A stretch of DNA of 63,033 nucleotides, counting the filler, from Nitrospiraceae bacterium (GTDB lineage Bacteria > Nitrospirota > Nitrospiria > Nitrospirales > Nitrospiraceae), in NCBI GenBank assembly GCA_037442105.1. It is 3 parts of 3 records of this genome, joined end to end, with 100 filler letters (N's around TTAATTAATTAA, not from the genome) between each part and the next. Parts side by side here need not be neighbours in the genome. Positions count along the whole stretch, not along the records: positions 21,772 to 42,571 come from JBBIQV010000042.1; 2 more parts are not named here. One strand, written 5' to 3'. The notes beneath the pieces are model-generated. The model saw only the letters and a program-made list of their open reading frames with translations, did not search any database and was not told the DNA's origin. Numbering within the stretch: position 1 is the first letter of the stretch; every line of letters begins with the position of its first letter. The position numbers and the translations under genes are program-made. Of this stretch, positions 30,441 to 40,217 are shown in pieces.

Positions 30441-32261
30441 TCACACCAACTCCGACAGCTTCTTATTCTCGAGCGCCTCTTTGAGCGAGGTGTCCATGAG
30501 CACTTCGGCGAGATGATGAGTCGCCTTTTCCAGGTCTGAGATTCTGGCGCGGATCAGTTTGTGGTCTTCTCCGGCCTTGGCTGTGACCAGGGCGGTTACG
30601 GAGGAGTTGATGGAAGCGAGTTCATCGGGATCGATCAAGTGGCGACCTTGGCCGAGGGCTTTCTCTGTCGCTTTCAGAATGGCCTCGGCCTCGGTGCGGG
30701 CTTCGATCAACTGGCGAGCCGAGAGGTCTTCGGCGGCGAACTTGAACGACTCGCCGATCATCCGTTCGACTTCTTCATCGCTCAACCCGTAGGACGGCTT
30801 CACCGCAATCGACTGGGTATCGCCGGTGCGGACGTCCCGAGCCGACACCTTGAGGATGCCATTGGCGTCGATCAGAAAGTTGACCTCGATGCGCGGAATG
30901 CCGGCCGGCAGGGGCGGCACCTTCAATTGGAACCGAGCGAGGCTGCGATTGTCCTTCGCGAGTTCTCGCTCGCCCTGGAGGATGTGAATGTCCACGGAAG
31001 TCTGGCCGTCCACATACGTCGTAAACATTTCCTTGGCGCTGGCCGGGATGGTCGTGTTGCGGCGGATCAATGAACTCATCACGCCTCCCATCGTCTCGAT
31101 GCCCAATGACAGCGGCGTCACGTCCAGCAACAACATGTCGGTGGTGCCGCCACTCAGAATGTCGGCCTGCACCGCAGCGCCCAGCGCGACCACTTCGTCG
31201 GGGTTCAAGTCACAGCGCGGGACCCTGCCGAACAAGGCCTGGACGCGCTGCCGGACGAGGGGCATGCGCGTGGAGCCGCCGACCAACACGACTTCATCGA
31301 TGTCAGTCGGTGTGAGGCTCGCGTCTTTGAGTGCCAGCCGGCACGGGGTGAGGGTCCGTTCGACGAGGTCCATCGTCAGCGATTCGAGCTGATCGCGGGT
31401 CAGCTCCAGCGTGAATCGTCCTTTACCGTCCGGTAGATCGAGGGTCGCCGTGGTCTTCAATTCGTCCGACAGCCGGATTTTTACTCGCTCTGCTTCTAAT
31501 CGGACTGCTTGCATGTGGTCCGGATAGCCGGAGAGGTCCAGTCCGTGGGTCCGGCGAATTTCTTTCAACAGGAGGTCCGCCACCTGCCGGTCGAAGTCGT
31601 CGCCGCCCAGATGCGTATCGCCGTTGGTCGCCAGCACTTCAAAGATCCCGTTCTTCAACTTGAGGATCGAAATGTCGAAGGTGCCGCCACCCAAGTCAAA
31701 GACCGCAATTGTGCCTTGTGTCCGCTTCTGGAGGCCATAGGCCAGCGAGGCGGCAGTGGGCTCATTGATGATCCGCAAGACCTCCAGTCCTGCAATCATG
31801 CCGGCGTCCTTCGTGGCCTGCCGTTGGCTGTCGTTGAAGTAGGCAGGGACGGTAATGACGGCCTTGGTGATGCTTTCGCCGAAATGTTGCTCCGCGCGAA
31901 GCTTCAACTCTTTGAGAATCATCGCGGAGACCTGCGGCGGGGAATAGGTTTTCTCCCCGATGTGGAGGCGGATGACGCCGCTTTGCTCGTGGAGCTTGTA
32001 GGGGAAATAGGCGAGCTCGCTCTGGACGTCGGCGAGCCCCTTGCCCATGAACCGTTTGACGGAATAGATGGTGCGCTCCGGGCTGCGGATGAGATGCTCC
32101 TTGGCCGGGTCGCCGACGATGAGGCCGTTGTCGGTAAGCGCGACCACGGAGGGAACCATCGTTCGCCCGTTCCGTCCCGGAATGACCCGGGGCGTTTCGC
32201 CATCCATGTAGGCGATCAAGGAATTCGTAGTGCCGAGGTCGATGCCGACGATGCGTGTCAT
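30441..32261 (-). CDS. hscA: Fe-S chaperone HscA (Hsp70)
   Basis: GIDLGTTNS, DLGGGTFD, VKPSYGL; within the isc operon. Confidence 0.92.
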   Translation of the reverse strand: MTRIVGIDLGTTNSLIAYMDGETPRVIPGRNGRTMVPSVVALTDNGLIVGDPAKEHLIRSPERTIYSVKRFMGKGLADVQSELAYFPYKLHEQSGVIRLHIGEKTYSPPQVSAMILKELKLRAEQHFGESITKAVITVPAYFNDSQRQATKDAGMIAGLEVLRIINEPTAASLAYGLQKRTQGTIAVFDLGGGTFDISILKLKNGIFEVLATNGDTHLGGDDFDRQVADLLLKEIRRTHGLDLSGYPDHMQAVRLEAERVKIRLSDELKTTATLDLPDGKGRFTLELTRDQLESLTMDLVERTLTPCRLALKDASLTPTDIDEVVLVGGSTRMPLVRQRVQALFGRVPRCDLNPDEVVALGAAVQADILSGGTTDMLLLDVTPLSLGIETMGGVMSSLIRRNTTIPASAKEMFTTYVDGQTSVDIHILQGERELAKDNRSLARFQLKVPPLPAGIPRIEVNFLIDANGILKVSARDVRTGDTQSIAVKPSYGLSDEEVERMIGESFKFAAEDLSARQLIEARTEAEAILKATEKALGQGRHLIDPDELASINSSVTALVTAKAGEDHKLIRARISDLEKATHHLAEVLMDTSLKEALENKKLSELV

Positions 32262-32270
32262 GGGACGGTG

Positions 32271-32996
32271 TCAGCCGATAGTCGCCACGAGATCGTTGAC
32301 GATGTTCCGCACGTAGGTCCGGTTGGAGAGGATGTCTTGCATCTCCTTCAGGGTTGCTTCCCTCTCACGGCGAAGCGCGTCTGTGGCCTCGGCCCGGTCT
32401 TGTAACCGGTCCCAGACCGTGAAGAGTTCGGCAAGTCTGGCTTCCATCTGATGCTGGCGCTGCTCGAGCGTCTCCCGATCGGCCTGCAGTCTTGTGCGCA
32501 AGGACTCTGCTCCTTCGGAAGACCGGCTCCCGGAGGCGGCCCGGAATTCTTCCAGGTCTTCCTGCAGCGATACGATTTCCTCGAACAGATCGGCCGGCGG
32601 AGAGGTTCTGATCTCTTTTGCCGACCCAGCCTCGAGGTGAAGAAGATACTCTGCCCGCTGAATGGGATCTTTCAGGGTGCGGTAGGCCGTATTGAGGAGC
32701 GCCGAGTTCCCAAGACTGATCGCTTGCTCGGCGTCGCTCTTGTTCTGGTAGAAATCCGGGTGAAACGCCCGGCTGAGTTTGTAGAATTTGGTCTCAAGCT
32801 GGTGCTGGTCGATGTTCAGCCGACGAGAGAGCCCGAGGCAGGTGAAGTAATCGAGCTCCTTCGACACCGGCTGTACTTTGACGCAGCGCTCGCAAAAGTA
32901 TTCCCCGGTGATCTCCGACTGGCAGTGCCAGCACATGCTCCTCGCCATCTGGAGCTCGGTGCGCCGGGTCGATTGGTCCATGTTACTCATCAGCAA
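32271..32996 (-). CDS. hscB: Co-chaperone HscB with N-terminal CxxC/CxxC zinc finger
   Basis: CWHC...CERC, J-domain HPD, RAEYLL. Confidence 0.93.
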   Translation of the reverse strand: MLMSNMDQSTRRTELQMARSMCWHCQSEITGEYFCERCVKVQPVSKELDYFTCLGLSRRLNIDQHQLETKFYKLSRAFHPDFYQNKSDAEQAISLGNSALLNTAYRTLKDPIQRAEYLLHLEAGSAKEIRTSPPADLFEEIVSLQEDLEEFRAASGSRSSEGAESLRTRLQADRETLEQRQHQMEARLAELFTVWDRLQDRAEATDALRREREATLKEMQDILSNRTYVRNIVNDLVATIG

Positions 32997-33094
32997 TGAT
33001 CTCTAAACAGGCAAATAACGAGCGGCTCGCGGAAAACGGCTTCTTGCTCTTGCTTCCAGCTACCCGCTATGGGCTGTTGGCTATTCGCTACTTA

Positions 33095-33259
33095 CTAGCC
33101 CGCATTATTCATGAGCACTTCTGCTGCAATCGCCCAAAATGAGCAGCTAGTAGCGAACAGCGAGCAGCGAACAGCCGGCGACAAGGAAGCCCTCTTGAGC
33201 TATGCGCTACTGGCTATTCGCTGATTTCGCGACGAACCGTCATGAATAATGCGGGCTCG
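33095..33259. mobile_element. MITE-like element, copy 3 (inverted, heptamer array in centre)
   Basis: CTAGCCCGCATTATTCATGA...TCATGAATAATGCGGGCTCG; flanks are the reverse complement of copies 1 and 2. Confidence 0.7.
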
Positions 33260-33267
33260 TTCTGCCG

Positions 33268-33624
33268 TCAGGCCGAGAATGACTCGCCGCACCCGCAGGT
33301 TTTATTGGCGTTGGGGTTCACGAACTTGAATGATCCCCCCATCAAGTCCTTCTGGAAATCGAGCTGCGTGCCCTGCAGGTAGATCGCGCTCTTGGCATCC
33401 ACGATCAGCTTGATGCCATCGATTTCGTACACCGTGTCGTACTGGCCGATCTTCTCATCGAAGTTGATCGTGTAGCTCAAGCCGGAACACCCGCCGCCTT
33501 TCACGCCGAGGCGGAGCCCGCCTTCGGTGAGGCCTTGAACGTTCATCAGCCGCTTCACTTCCTTCAGGGCTGATTCACTGAGCGTGACGACGGGGCCGGC
33601 GGTCGTGGTGTCGGGTGTCTCCAT
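33268..33624 (-). CDS. iscA: A-type Fe-S carrier IscA
   Basis: GGCSG and CGCGESF motifs. Confidence 0.95.
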   Translation of the reverse strand: METPDTTTAGPVVTLSESALKEVKRLMNVQGLTEGGLRLGVKGGGCSGLSYTINFDEKIGQYDTVYEIDGIKLIVDAKSAIYLQGTQLDFQKDLMGGSFKFVNPNANKTCGCGESFSA

Positions 33625-33659
33625 GGGCTGCTCCTTCTTCTTTCAGGCCGGGGCGAGGC

Positions 33660-34058
33660 TTACTGCGAGTCGGCGCTCTGGTTTTCCGCCTTTTTCTTGT
33701 AGTCGGCCAGGGCCGCCTTGATCGCGTCTTCCGCCAGCACCGAGCAATGGATCTTGACCGGCGGCAGATTCAGTTCCTGGACGATGTCGGTATTCTTGAT
33801 CTTGTGCGCCTCCTCGACGGTCTTGCCCTTGAGCCACTCGGTGGCAAGGCTCGAGCTCGCGATCGCCGATCCGCAACCGAACGTCTTGAACTTCGCGTCC
33901 ACGATCGTCTCGTTCTGCACCTTGATCTGGAGCTTCATCACATCGCCGCACTCCGGTGCGCCGACGATGCCGGTGCCGATCCCCTCTTCATCCTTCTTGA
34001 AGGACCCCATATTGCGGGGGTTGTTGAAATGGTCAACGACTTTATCGCTGTATGCCAT
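33660..34058 (-). CDS. iscU: Fe-S scaffold IscU
   Basis: GAPECGDVM, FGCGSAIAS, LPPVKIHC. Confidence 0.97.
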   Translation of the reverse strand: MAYSDKVVDHFNNPRNMGSFKKDEEGIGTGIVGAPECGDVMKLQIKVQNETIVDAKFKTFGCGSAIASSSLATEWLKGKTVEEAHKIKNTDIVQELNLPPVKIHCSVLAEDAIKAALADYKKKAENQSADSQ

Positions 34059-34109
34059 GACTCCCTCCGGCAATTGAAAATTGACAATTGAGCGTTGAAA
34101 ATTCCTGCC

Positions 34110-35327
34110 TTAATGCGCGGCCCACTGTACTGACTTCAAATCGACGCCTTCCTTTGCCATCTCGTAGAGCGGGGACATTTCCCGCAGCTTGTTCACCACT
34201 TCGTTGATCCTCTTGATGGTGTAGTCGATCTCCTCATCGGTGTTGAAGCGCCCGATTCCAAACCGGATAGAGGAGTGGGCAAGATCGGACCCGACCCCCA
34301 ACGCCCGCAACACATATGACGGTTCGAGCGTGGCCGACGTGCAAGCCGACCCGGAAGACAGGGCGATTTCTTTCAGACCCATCAACATGGACTCGCCCTC
34401 TACATAGGCAAAGGAGATATTCAGGTTGTGCGGCAGCCGCTGGGTGGGATGGCCGTTGAGATACACGTCCTCCATGACGTTCATGATTCCGGCCTGGAGC
34501 CGATCGCGCATGGCGGCGAGGCGCGGAGCCTCGGTCGGCATTTCCTGTTCGCACAGCTCGCAGGCTTTCCCGAATCCCACGATCAGCGGAACCGGTAACG
34601 TGCCGGACCGCATCCCGCGCTCATGGCCGCCTCCGTCCATCTGTGCGGCGATGCGCACGCGGGGTGCCTTCTTCCGGACATATAGCGCGCCCACGCCCTT
34701 AGGGCCGTAAATCTTATGGGATGTGAACGACATCAGATCGATCCCCATCTCCTGCACATTGACCGGGATCTTGCCGACACCCTGGGTCGCGTCGCAGTGG
34801 AAGAGGATTCCCTTTTCCTTGGCGATCTTGCCGATCTCCTTGACCGGATTGATCGTGCCAATTTCATTGTTGGCCAGCATGATGGAGATGAGCACAGTCT
34901 TGTCGGTGACGGCGTTCTTCACGTCGTCGGGATGGACCATCCCATGCTTGTCAACCGGCAGGTACGTGACCTTGATCCCGCGTTTAGCTTCCAGCGCCTT
35001 GGTCGTGTCGAGGACTGCGCGGTGTTCGGTGGACGACGTAATGATATGATCGCCTTTCTCCTTGTACATCTCCAGGACGCCCTTGAGCGCCAGGTTGTCC
35101 GATTCGGTGGCCCCGCTCGTGAAGACGAGTTCTTTGGGATCTGCCTGGATCAGCTTGGCGATCTGCTTCCGCGCGTTCTCGACGGCTTCTTCCGCTTCCC
35201 AGCCGAACGAATGGTTTCGGCTCGCGGCGTTGCCGAACTTCTCACAGAAATACGGGAGCATCACCTCCAACACCCGATGGTCCATTGGCGTGGTGGCATG
35301 GTTATCCATATAAATCGGAAACTTCAT
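34110..35327 (-). CDS. iscS: Cysteine desulfurase IscS
   Basis: [25 protein letters not shown]. Confidence 0.97.
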   Translation of the reverse strand: MKFPIYMDNHATTPMDHRVLEVMLPYFCEKFGNAASRNHSFGWEAEEAVENARKQIAKLIQADPKELVFTSGATESDNLALKGVLEMYKEKGDHIITSSTEHRAVLDTTKALEAKRGIKVTYLPVDKHGMVHPDDVKNAVTDKTVLISIMLANNEIGTINPVKEIGKIAKEKGILFHCDATQGVGKIPVNVQEMGIDLMSFTSHKIYGPKGVGALYVRKKAPRVRIAAQMDGGGHERGMRSGTLPVPLIVGFGKACELCEQEMPTEAPRLAAMRDRLQAGIMNVMEDVYLNGHPTQRLPHNLNISFAYVEGESMLMGLKEIALSSGSACTSATLEPSYVLRALGVGSDLAHSSIRFGIGRFNTDEEIDYTIKRINEVVNKLREMSPLYEMAKEGVDLKSVQWAAH

Positions 35328-35800
35328 CGTTCCACTCCTTGTGCCGTCGTGATCGATTGCACGGTGATCAGGGGCGTGCCGCCCATCATGTCGTGCAGCG
35401 TCATGTTGCTAAGCAGTTGGTAAATGCTGTCTTGAACCTTCAACAGAGGCGTGCGGATCGTGCAGTGTTCCCGCTGCATGCACGGCTCGCCCTCTTTCTC
35501 GTGAGAGCAGTCCGTTATTCCGAGCGGGCCTTCGATGGTCTCCAACACCTGGGCAATGGTAATGTCTCTCGCATTTTTGGCCAGCAAGTACCCTCCCTTG
35601 GGGCCATTGTGGCTCTCGACCAAGCCGCTCTTGGCTAATATCTGAAGCACCTTGGCAAGCAGCTCGAGGGGAATGTTGTATTCCTCGGCAATCTCTTTTG
35701 TGTTGACGATGCGAGCCCGCGTTACATCCCCGAATTGAACGGAGGCGATGTACTGGAGCGCCATCAGTCCGTAGTCTGCTTTTTTTGAAAACTTCAACAT
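35324..35800 (-). CDS. iscR: Rrf2-family regulator, IscR-like
   Basis: GPKGGYLL and three C-terminal Cys; first gene of the isc operon. Confidence 0.85.
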   Translation of the reverse strand: MLKFSKKADYGLMALQYIASVQFGDVTRARIVNTKEIAEEYNIPLELLAKVLQILAKSGLVESHNGPKGGYLLAKNARDITIAQVLETIEGPLGITDCSHEKEGEPCMQREHCTIRTPLLKVQDSIYQLLSNMTLHDMMGGTPLITVQSITTAQGVER

Positions 35801-35836
35801 GGCTATTGCCGATTCGTTGGATCGGAGACTATAATG

Positions 35837-35861
35837 ATCTCCGATCTATTAGGTCGGACAC
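35837..35861. promoter_or_regulatory. IscR/Rrf2-type operator
   Basis: Near-palindrome TCCGATCTATTAGGTCGGA about 40 bp upstream of iscR, resembling the YYGAC-N7-GTCRR core. Confidence 0.6.
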
Positions 35862-36010
35862 AAAATATCATGATGTTTCTGCGCCTGTCAACCGCCTTCT
35901 CTTTTGTCTTGGGAGAGCGAGTCTTTTTAATGAGAGACAGGCTAGCTGCTGAGGATTCCGGTACCTTGAGCTAGAGTACGGCGCTCGCTGAAGAGAGGGG
36001 AAATCGAACT

Positions 36011-36427
36011 ATGGGTGGCACCAATCCGTACATCGAGAAGGCCGATGTTGAGTTACCGACCAAGCCCTATACCATCACCTTCATTGCGCCCGATCGAACC
36101 GAAACCAAGGTGCAGGTGCAACCTGACAAAATTCCTTATGGATCGACGGGGCAACCCGGCAGCATCTTGGATATTGCAATGGGAAATGGTGTCGACTTGG
36201 AACATGTCTGTGGAGGGGTGTGCGCCTGCTCCACGTGTCACGTGATCGTGAGACAGGGGTTGGAGTCTTGTAACGAAGGCACGGACGACGAATTCGACCA
36301 GCTTGAGGAAGCGCCCGTGACCACCTTGCAATCCCGCCTGGGCTGTCAGTGTGTGCCGAATGGGACGATGGACGTGGTGGTCGAGATTCCTGCCGTCAAC
36401 AAGAATCTGGTCAAAGAAGGCCACTGA
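36011..36427 (+). CDS. fdx: [2Fe-2S] ferredoxin (ISC/adrenodoxin type)
   Basis: CGGVCACSTCHV...SRLGCQ. Confidence 0.92.
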   Translation: MGGTNPYIEKADVELPTKPYTITFIAPDRTETKVQVQPDKIPYGSTGQPGSILDIAMGNGVDLEHVCGGVCACSTCHVIVRQGLESCNEGTDDEFDQLEEAPVTTLQSRLGCQCVPNGTMDVVVEIPAVNKNLVKEGH

Positions 36428-36524
36428 AGGGACACATGTTAGTCGTCATTGGTCAATCGTGGTCGGATGAACCATCATTCTCAAGCGTTCGCGCGACGAA
36501 TGGCGGTTGACGATTAACGATCTT

Positions 36525-37226
36525 CTAATCGTACGTCTCTACACGCACCGCCTTGCGCTCAAATCCCAACTCGGCAAAGTAGGCTCGCACGGGGCGCACG
36601 AAGGCCTTGATGCCGCAGATCATCAGGGTCAAGTCTCGTTTGGTCTCAAACAAACTGTGTAACGTGGCGAGGACTGTGGTCACTTCGGCCTCAAGGTTGT
36701 GGGAGACAACCGGCACATAACGGAATTGCCGGTGCTGTGCGGCAAAGGTCGTGAACTCGTCATGATAGACCAGTTCACTCTTGTCGGGGCCGCTGTAGAG
36801 CAAGGTGATGGAGGGAGCGGTTTTGCGAGAGAAAAGCTGGGTGAGCATGCAGCGAAAGGGAACGACGCCGGTATAGCGTGCGATCAAGACCAAGTGGCGG
36901 GCCGGCGGATCGGGGAGCGTGAAGTTACCGTACGGTCCGGACAGAAGAACGCAGTCGCCCGTCCGCAACATGGTGAGATAGGTGGATCCCAACCCACCAG
37001 GGACGCAATCGAAGACAAGCGTGAGGTGGCCGGACGCTGATTCAGGTTCGGCCATCGTGTATGCGCGATTCAATGGAGGGTGGTCGCCAACAGGCAGTTT
37101 CAGCGACACCCATTGGCCGGGCTTGAAGGAGATACTGTGGCTGGACGGTCGAAGAATGAGCTCGTGCACATGCGGAGTCAGTTGCCGTGTGCGAACAACT
37201 TCTGCATCCTGTGTAGGCTCGGCCAT
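36525..37226 (-). CDS. FAD/NAD(P)-binding oxidoreductase, ferredoxin-reductase (FNR) family
   Basis: FKPGQWV, RAYT, GPYGNF, TGVVPF and ICG motifs. Confidence 0.8.
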   Translation of the reverse strand: MAEPTQDAEVVRTRQLTPHVHELILRPSSHSISFKPGQWVSLKLPVGDHPPLNRAYTMAEPESASGHLTLVFDCVPGGLGSTYLTMLRTGDCVLLSGPYGNFTLPDPPARHLVLIARYTGVVPFRCMLTQLFSRKTAPSITLLYSGPDKSELVYHDEFTTFAAQHRQFRYVPVVSHNLEAEVTTVLATLHSLFETKRDLTLMICGIKAFVRPVRAYFAELGFERKAVRVETYD

Positions 37227-37396
37227 CGCGCTTCTCCTGCCGGGTGATAATCTCATCATAGACCATGTAACCGTATCAAAGCAGCCTGCTGCCGGGGCTC
37301 TGCTCGACCACCCGAAATCTGTACAACCGGTAGACTGCATGTTATAGATACGCGCCTGCCGATCCGGCAGCAGAGCCGACGGATTGCCGAGGTGCG

Positions 37397-38812
37397 ATGA
37401 GTCACGTGAGAGTCAGGTTTGCTCCCAGTCCGACGGGCTATCTCCACATCGGCGGCGTCCGCACTGCGCTCTTCAATTGGCTTTTCGCGCGGCGTGAAAA
37501 GGGCACGTTCATTCTTCGCATCGAAGACACGGATCAAAGCCGCTCGACGGAAGAATCCATCCAGGCCATTCTCGAAGGCATGCGATGGGTTGGGCTCGAC
37601 TGGGATGAGGGCCCGTTCCGGCAGACGGAACGGATGGATCTGTACCGGCAGCACGCGATAAAGCTGTTCAACCAAGGCAAGGCTTATTGGTGCGTGTGCC
37701 GGGCGGAAGATTTAGAAGCTCGCCGCAAAGAAGCCGAGGCCAAGGGGCTGTCGCTGAAATATGACGGCCGCTGCCGGAATCTTGGCGTCGTCAAGCCGAC
37801 CGGCGAAGCCGCGTTGCGGTTCAAGGCGCCGCAGGATGGCCAGACCGTCATCGACGATCTCATCAAGGGTCGGGTCGTGTTCGACAACAGCGTGCTGGAC
37901 GATCTGATCATTCTGCGCTCCAACGGCTACCCCACCTACAATTTCTCCGTCGTGGTGGATGATGCGCTGATGGGCATCACGCACGTGGTACGCGGAGATG
38001 ATCACCTCACCAACACCCCGCGGCAGATTCCGATCTTCCGTGCGCTTGGCTTCCCGGTGCCCCATTTTGGGCACCTACCGATGATCCTTGGGTCGGACAA
38101 AACCCGGCTGTCCAAGCGCCACGGCGCGACTTCGATCATGGCCTACAAGGAAATGGGCTATCTCCCCCAGGCCATGATCAACTATCTGGTACGACTGGGA
38201 TGGTCGCACGGGGATCAGGAAGTCTTCTCGATAGCGGAATTGATCGAGAAGTTCTCTTTCGACCATGTGCAGAAGTCTTCGGCGGTCTTTAATCCGGAAA
38301 AATTGCTCTGGATGAATGCGCAGTATATCCAGCATGGAGTTCCGGGCCACGTCGCCCGGCTCCTCATTCCTTTTTTGGAACAGGCAGGACTGAAAACCGA
38401 GGTGAACGCCATGTCCGCAGATTGGCTGGAGAAGCTCGTCGTGATGGTGAGGGAACGGACCAAGACGCTGGTGGAGATGGTCAACTGGGTTACGCCCTAC
38501 TTCGGCCAGGAGGTTGCCGTCGAAGAAGAGGCGGCCAAGAAATTTCTCACACCGGCCATCGTGCCGGTTCTCTCCGAGTTGACTGCGCGTTTTGAGGCGC
38601 TGCCGGACTTCTCGAAGCAAGTCTGGGAAGACGTGTTCAAGAAGCTGGTCGAGGAAGAGGGAGTGAAAATGGGCCACCTTGCCCAGCCGGTCCGTGTCGC
38701 CTTGACCGGCCGGACGGCAAGCCCCGGCCTGTTCGAAGTGATGGACCTGCTGGGGCGAGACCGGACGTTGCTCCGCTTGCGAAAAGGAATTGAGCGGGCG
38801 TCGCGAGCATGA
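37397..38812 (+). CDS. gltX: Glutamate--tRNA ligase
   Basis: RFAPSPTGYLHIGG, RIEDTD, RGDDH, RLSKR. Confidence 0.97.
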   Translation: MSHVRVRFAPSPTGYLHIGGVRTALFNWLFARREKGTFILRIEDTDQSRSTEESIQAILEGMRWVGLDWDEGPFRQTERMDLYRQHAIKLFNQGKAYWCVCRAEDLEARRKEAEAKGLSLKYDGRCRNLGVVKPTGEAALRFKAPQDGQTVIDDLIKGRVVFDNSVLDDLIILRSNGYPTYNFSVVVDDALMGITHVVRGDDHLTNTPRQIPIFRALGFPVPHFGHLPMILGSDKTRLSKRHGATSIMAYKEMGYLPQAMINYLVRLGWSHGDQEVFSIAELIEKFSFDHVQKSSAVFNPEKLLWMNAQYIQHGVPGHVARLLIPFLEQAGLKTEVNAMSADWLEKLVVMVRERTKTLVEMVNWVTPYFGQEVAVEEEAAKKFLTPAIVPVLSELTARFEALPDFSKQVWEDVFKKLVEEEGVKMGHLAQPVRVALTGRTASPGLFEVMDLLGRDRTLLRLRKGIERASRA

Positions 38813-38914
38813 TGCGGGTCCTGTCACCTACCGGCCCAGCCGTGCTCGCATCCCATCCGCCGTGAGCGCCTCCCTTGACGGAGCCGAGAGGCTTATATTA
38901 GTGTGGGCGACGGT

Positions 38915-38988
38915 TGGGGGATCGTCTAGTGGTAGGACGTCAGACTCTGGATCTGACTACCTAGGTTCGAATCCTAGTCCCCCAGCCA
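38915..38988 (+). tRNA. tRNA-Gln(CTG)
   Basis: TGGGGGA...TCAGA-CTCTGGA-TCTGA...GGTTCGAATCC...TCCCCCAGCCA. Confidence 0.96.
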
Positions 38989-39226
38989 AATCTTTGGCGC
39001 GACAGAGGATACCGGTTTGTCAACCAACCGGCAGTGCCGCGCCAGCCATCCCTTCCGGCCGTGGCAATGTCTCACCGGAAGCGGTGTCGCGCAGCGCGAC
39101 TGTATAATAATGATGCTCGTCGCGGAGCGACACCCTTTCCGGTGCCAAGTGGCATTCCCCTTGGGATGGGTCAGTGAGCGTGGCGCCAGCAACAAGCCAC
39201 CCCCACTCATCGAACTGAGGACTTGC

Positions 39227-39300
39227 TGGGGGATCGTCTAGTGGTAGGACGTCAGACTTTGGATCTGACTACCCAGGTTCGAATCCTGGTCCCCCAGCCA
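39227..39300 (+). tRNA. tRNA-Gln(TTG)
   Basis: Near-identical to the previous tRNA with anticodon loop CTTTGGA and CCA end. Confidence 0.96.
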
Positions 39301-39406
39301 CCTGATACATTCGTACGTTCGTGGACGAGCGGGTCTGATGCCAAATTGGTGGACTTAGGCTCTGAAAAGATTTCGAGACCGGCCTATGATGGAGGATCAC
39401 ACGTGT

Positions 39407-40090
39407 CTATTGACGCGCGGTCTTTTCGAACCGTTTCACGGCGACGGCTTTCTGTTTCATCTTGGTCACGAGGCCCATATACGAGATTTCCTGGATCACC
39501 TTCGCGAACTGGGCGCGGTAGTTGCTGACGATGCTTGCGCCGTCGATCACCACGTCATAAACAAACCAGTCACCCGATTGATGCACCAACCGGAAGTCTA
39601 GCGGCGTCTCGACCTTCTGGCCTTGCAGTTTCGTGCGCACTTCCGCAAACGAGTCCTCTCGTTGTTCCCCAAGGAAGATCACCTGTTCGTCGGAATGGTC
39701 GTTGATTCTGCCGGCGAAGGTGTCTCTCAGTAACTGCACGAAGAGATCGACAAATTCTTGCCGGTCGACCTCGCTCAGCTCCGACCAGGGCGCTCCTAAC
39801 GACCGCTTGGCCATCTCCTCATAGCTGACACGCTGTTTGACGACCCGCTCGATCTCTCGTCGCCGGTCCTCGGAGCGATCCGGTTTTTTCAGCTCTTCAT
39901 TATCCAGGATGTCGATCAATTCGGTGATGGTGCTTTTGACGGACTCGGTGGGGGCCGGGTCTGCTGCACATGGGGTTGCGCTCAACACCAGCGCGAAGAC
40001 GCTGATCATGACAGGCGTCAGAATGGGAGTGACGTTCTTGGGACCGTAAAAATGCCGGCTGTGGATTCCGAGGATCGGGTTCTGCCTCAT
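39407..40090 (-). CDS. MlaC/Ttg2D-family periplasmic lipid-binding protein
   Basis: MAKRSLG..W, VYDVVIDGASIVSNYRAQF. Confidence 0.85.
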   Translation of the reverse strand: MRQNPILGIHSRHFYGPKNVTPILTPVMISVFALVLSATPCAADPAPTESVKSTITELIDILDNEELKKPDRSEDRRREIERVVKQRVSYEEMAKRSLGAPWSELSEVDRQEFVDLFVQLLRDTFAGRINDHSDEQVIFLGEQREDSFAEVRTKLQGQKVETPLDFRLVHQSGDWFVYDVVIDGASIVSNYRAQFAKVIQEISYMGLVTKMKQKAVAVKRFEKTARQ

Positions 40091-40217
40091 GGGCTGGTCC
40101 CTCTCCGGGGTTGTGATGGGCTCTCAAAGCCTAGCAGGGTTATACAAGATGTAAAGACGAGCAGAACCGGGCGAAAGCGGGCAGGAGTTCGGCACTAATC
40201 TTCGCGGCCGATACCCG

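Noticed and set aside
30441..32261. dnaK
   Set aside because: Position between hscB and iscX and the short C-terminus fit HscA; no grpE/dnaJ nearby
38915..39300. Two near-identical 74-bp direct repeats suggesting CRISPR or att duplication
   Set aside because: Both are complete tRNA-Gln genes with different anticodons and CCA ends
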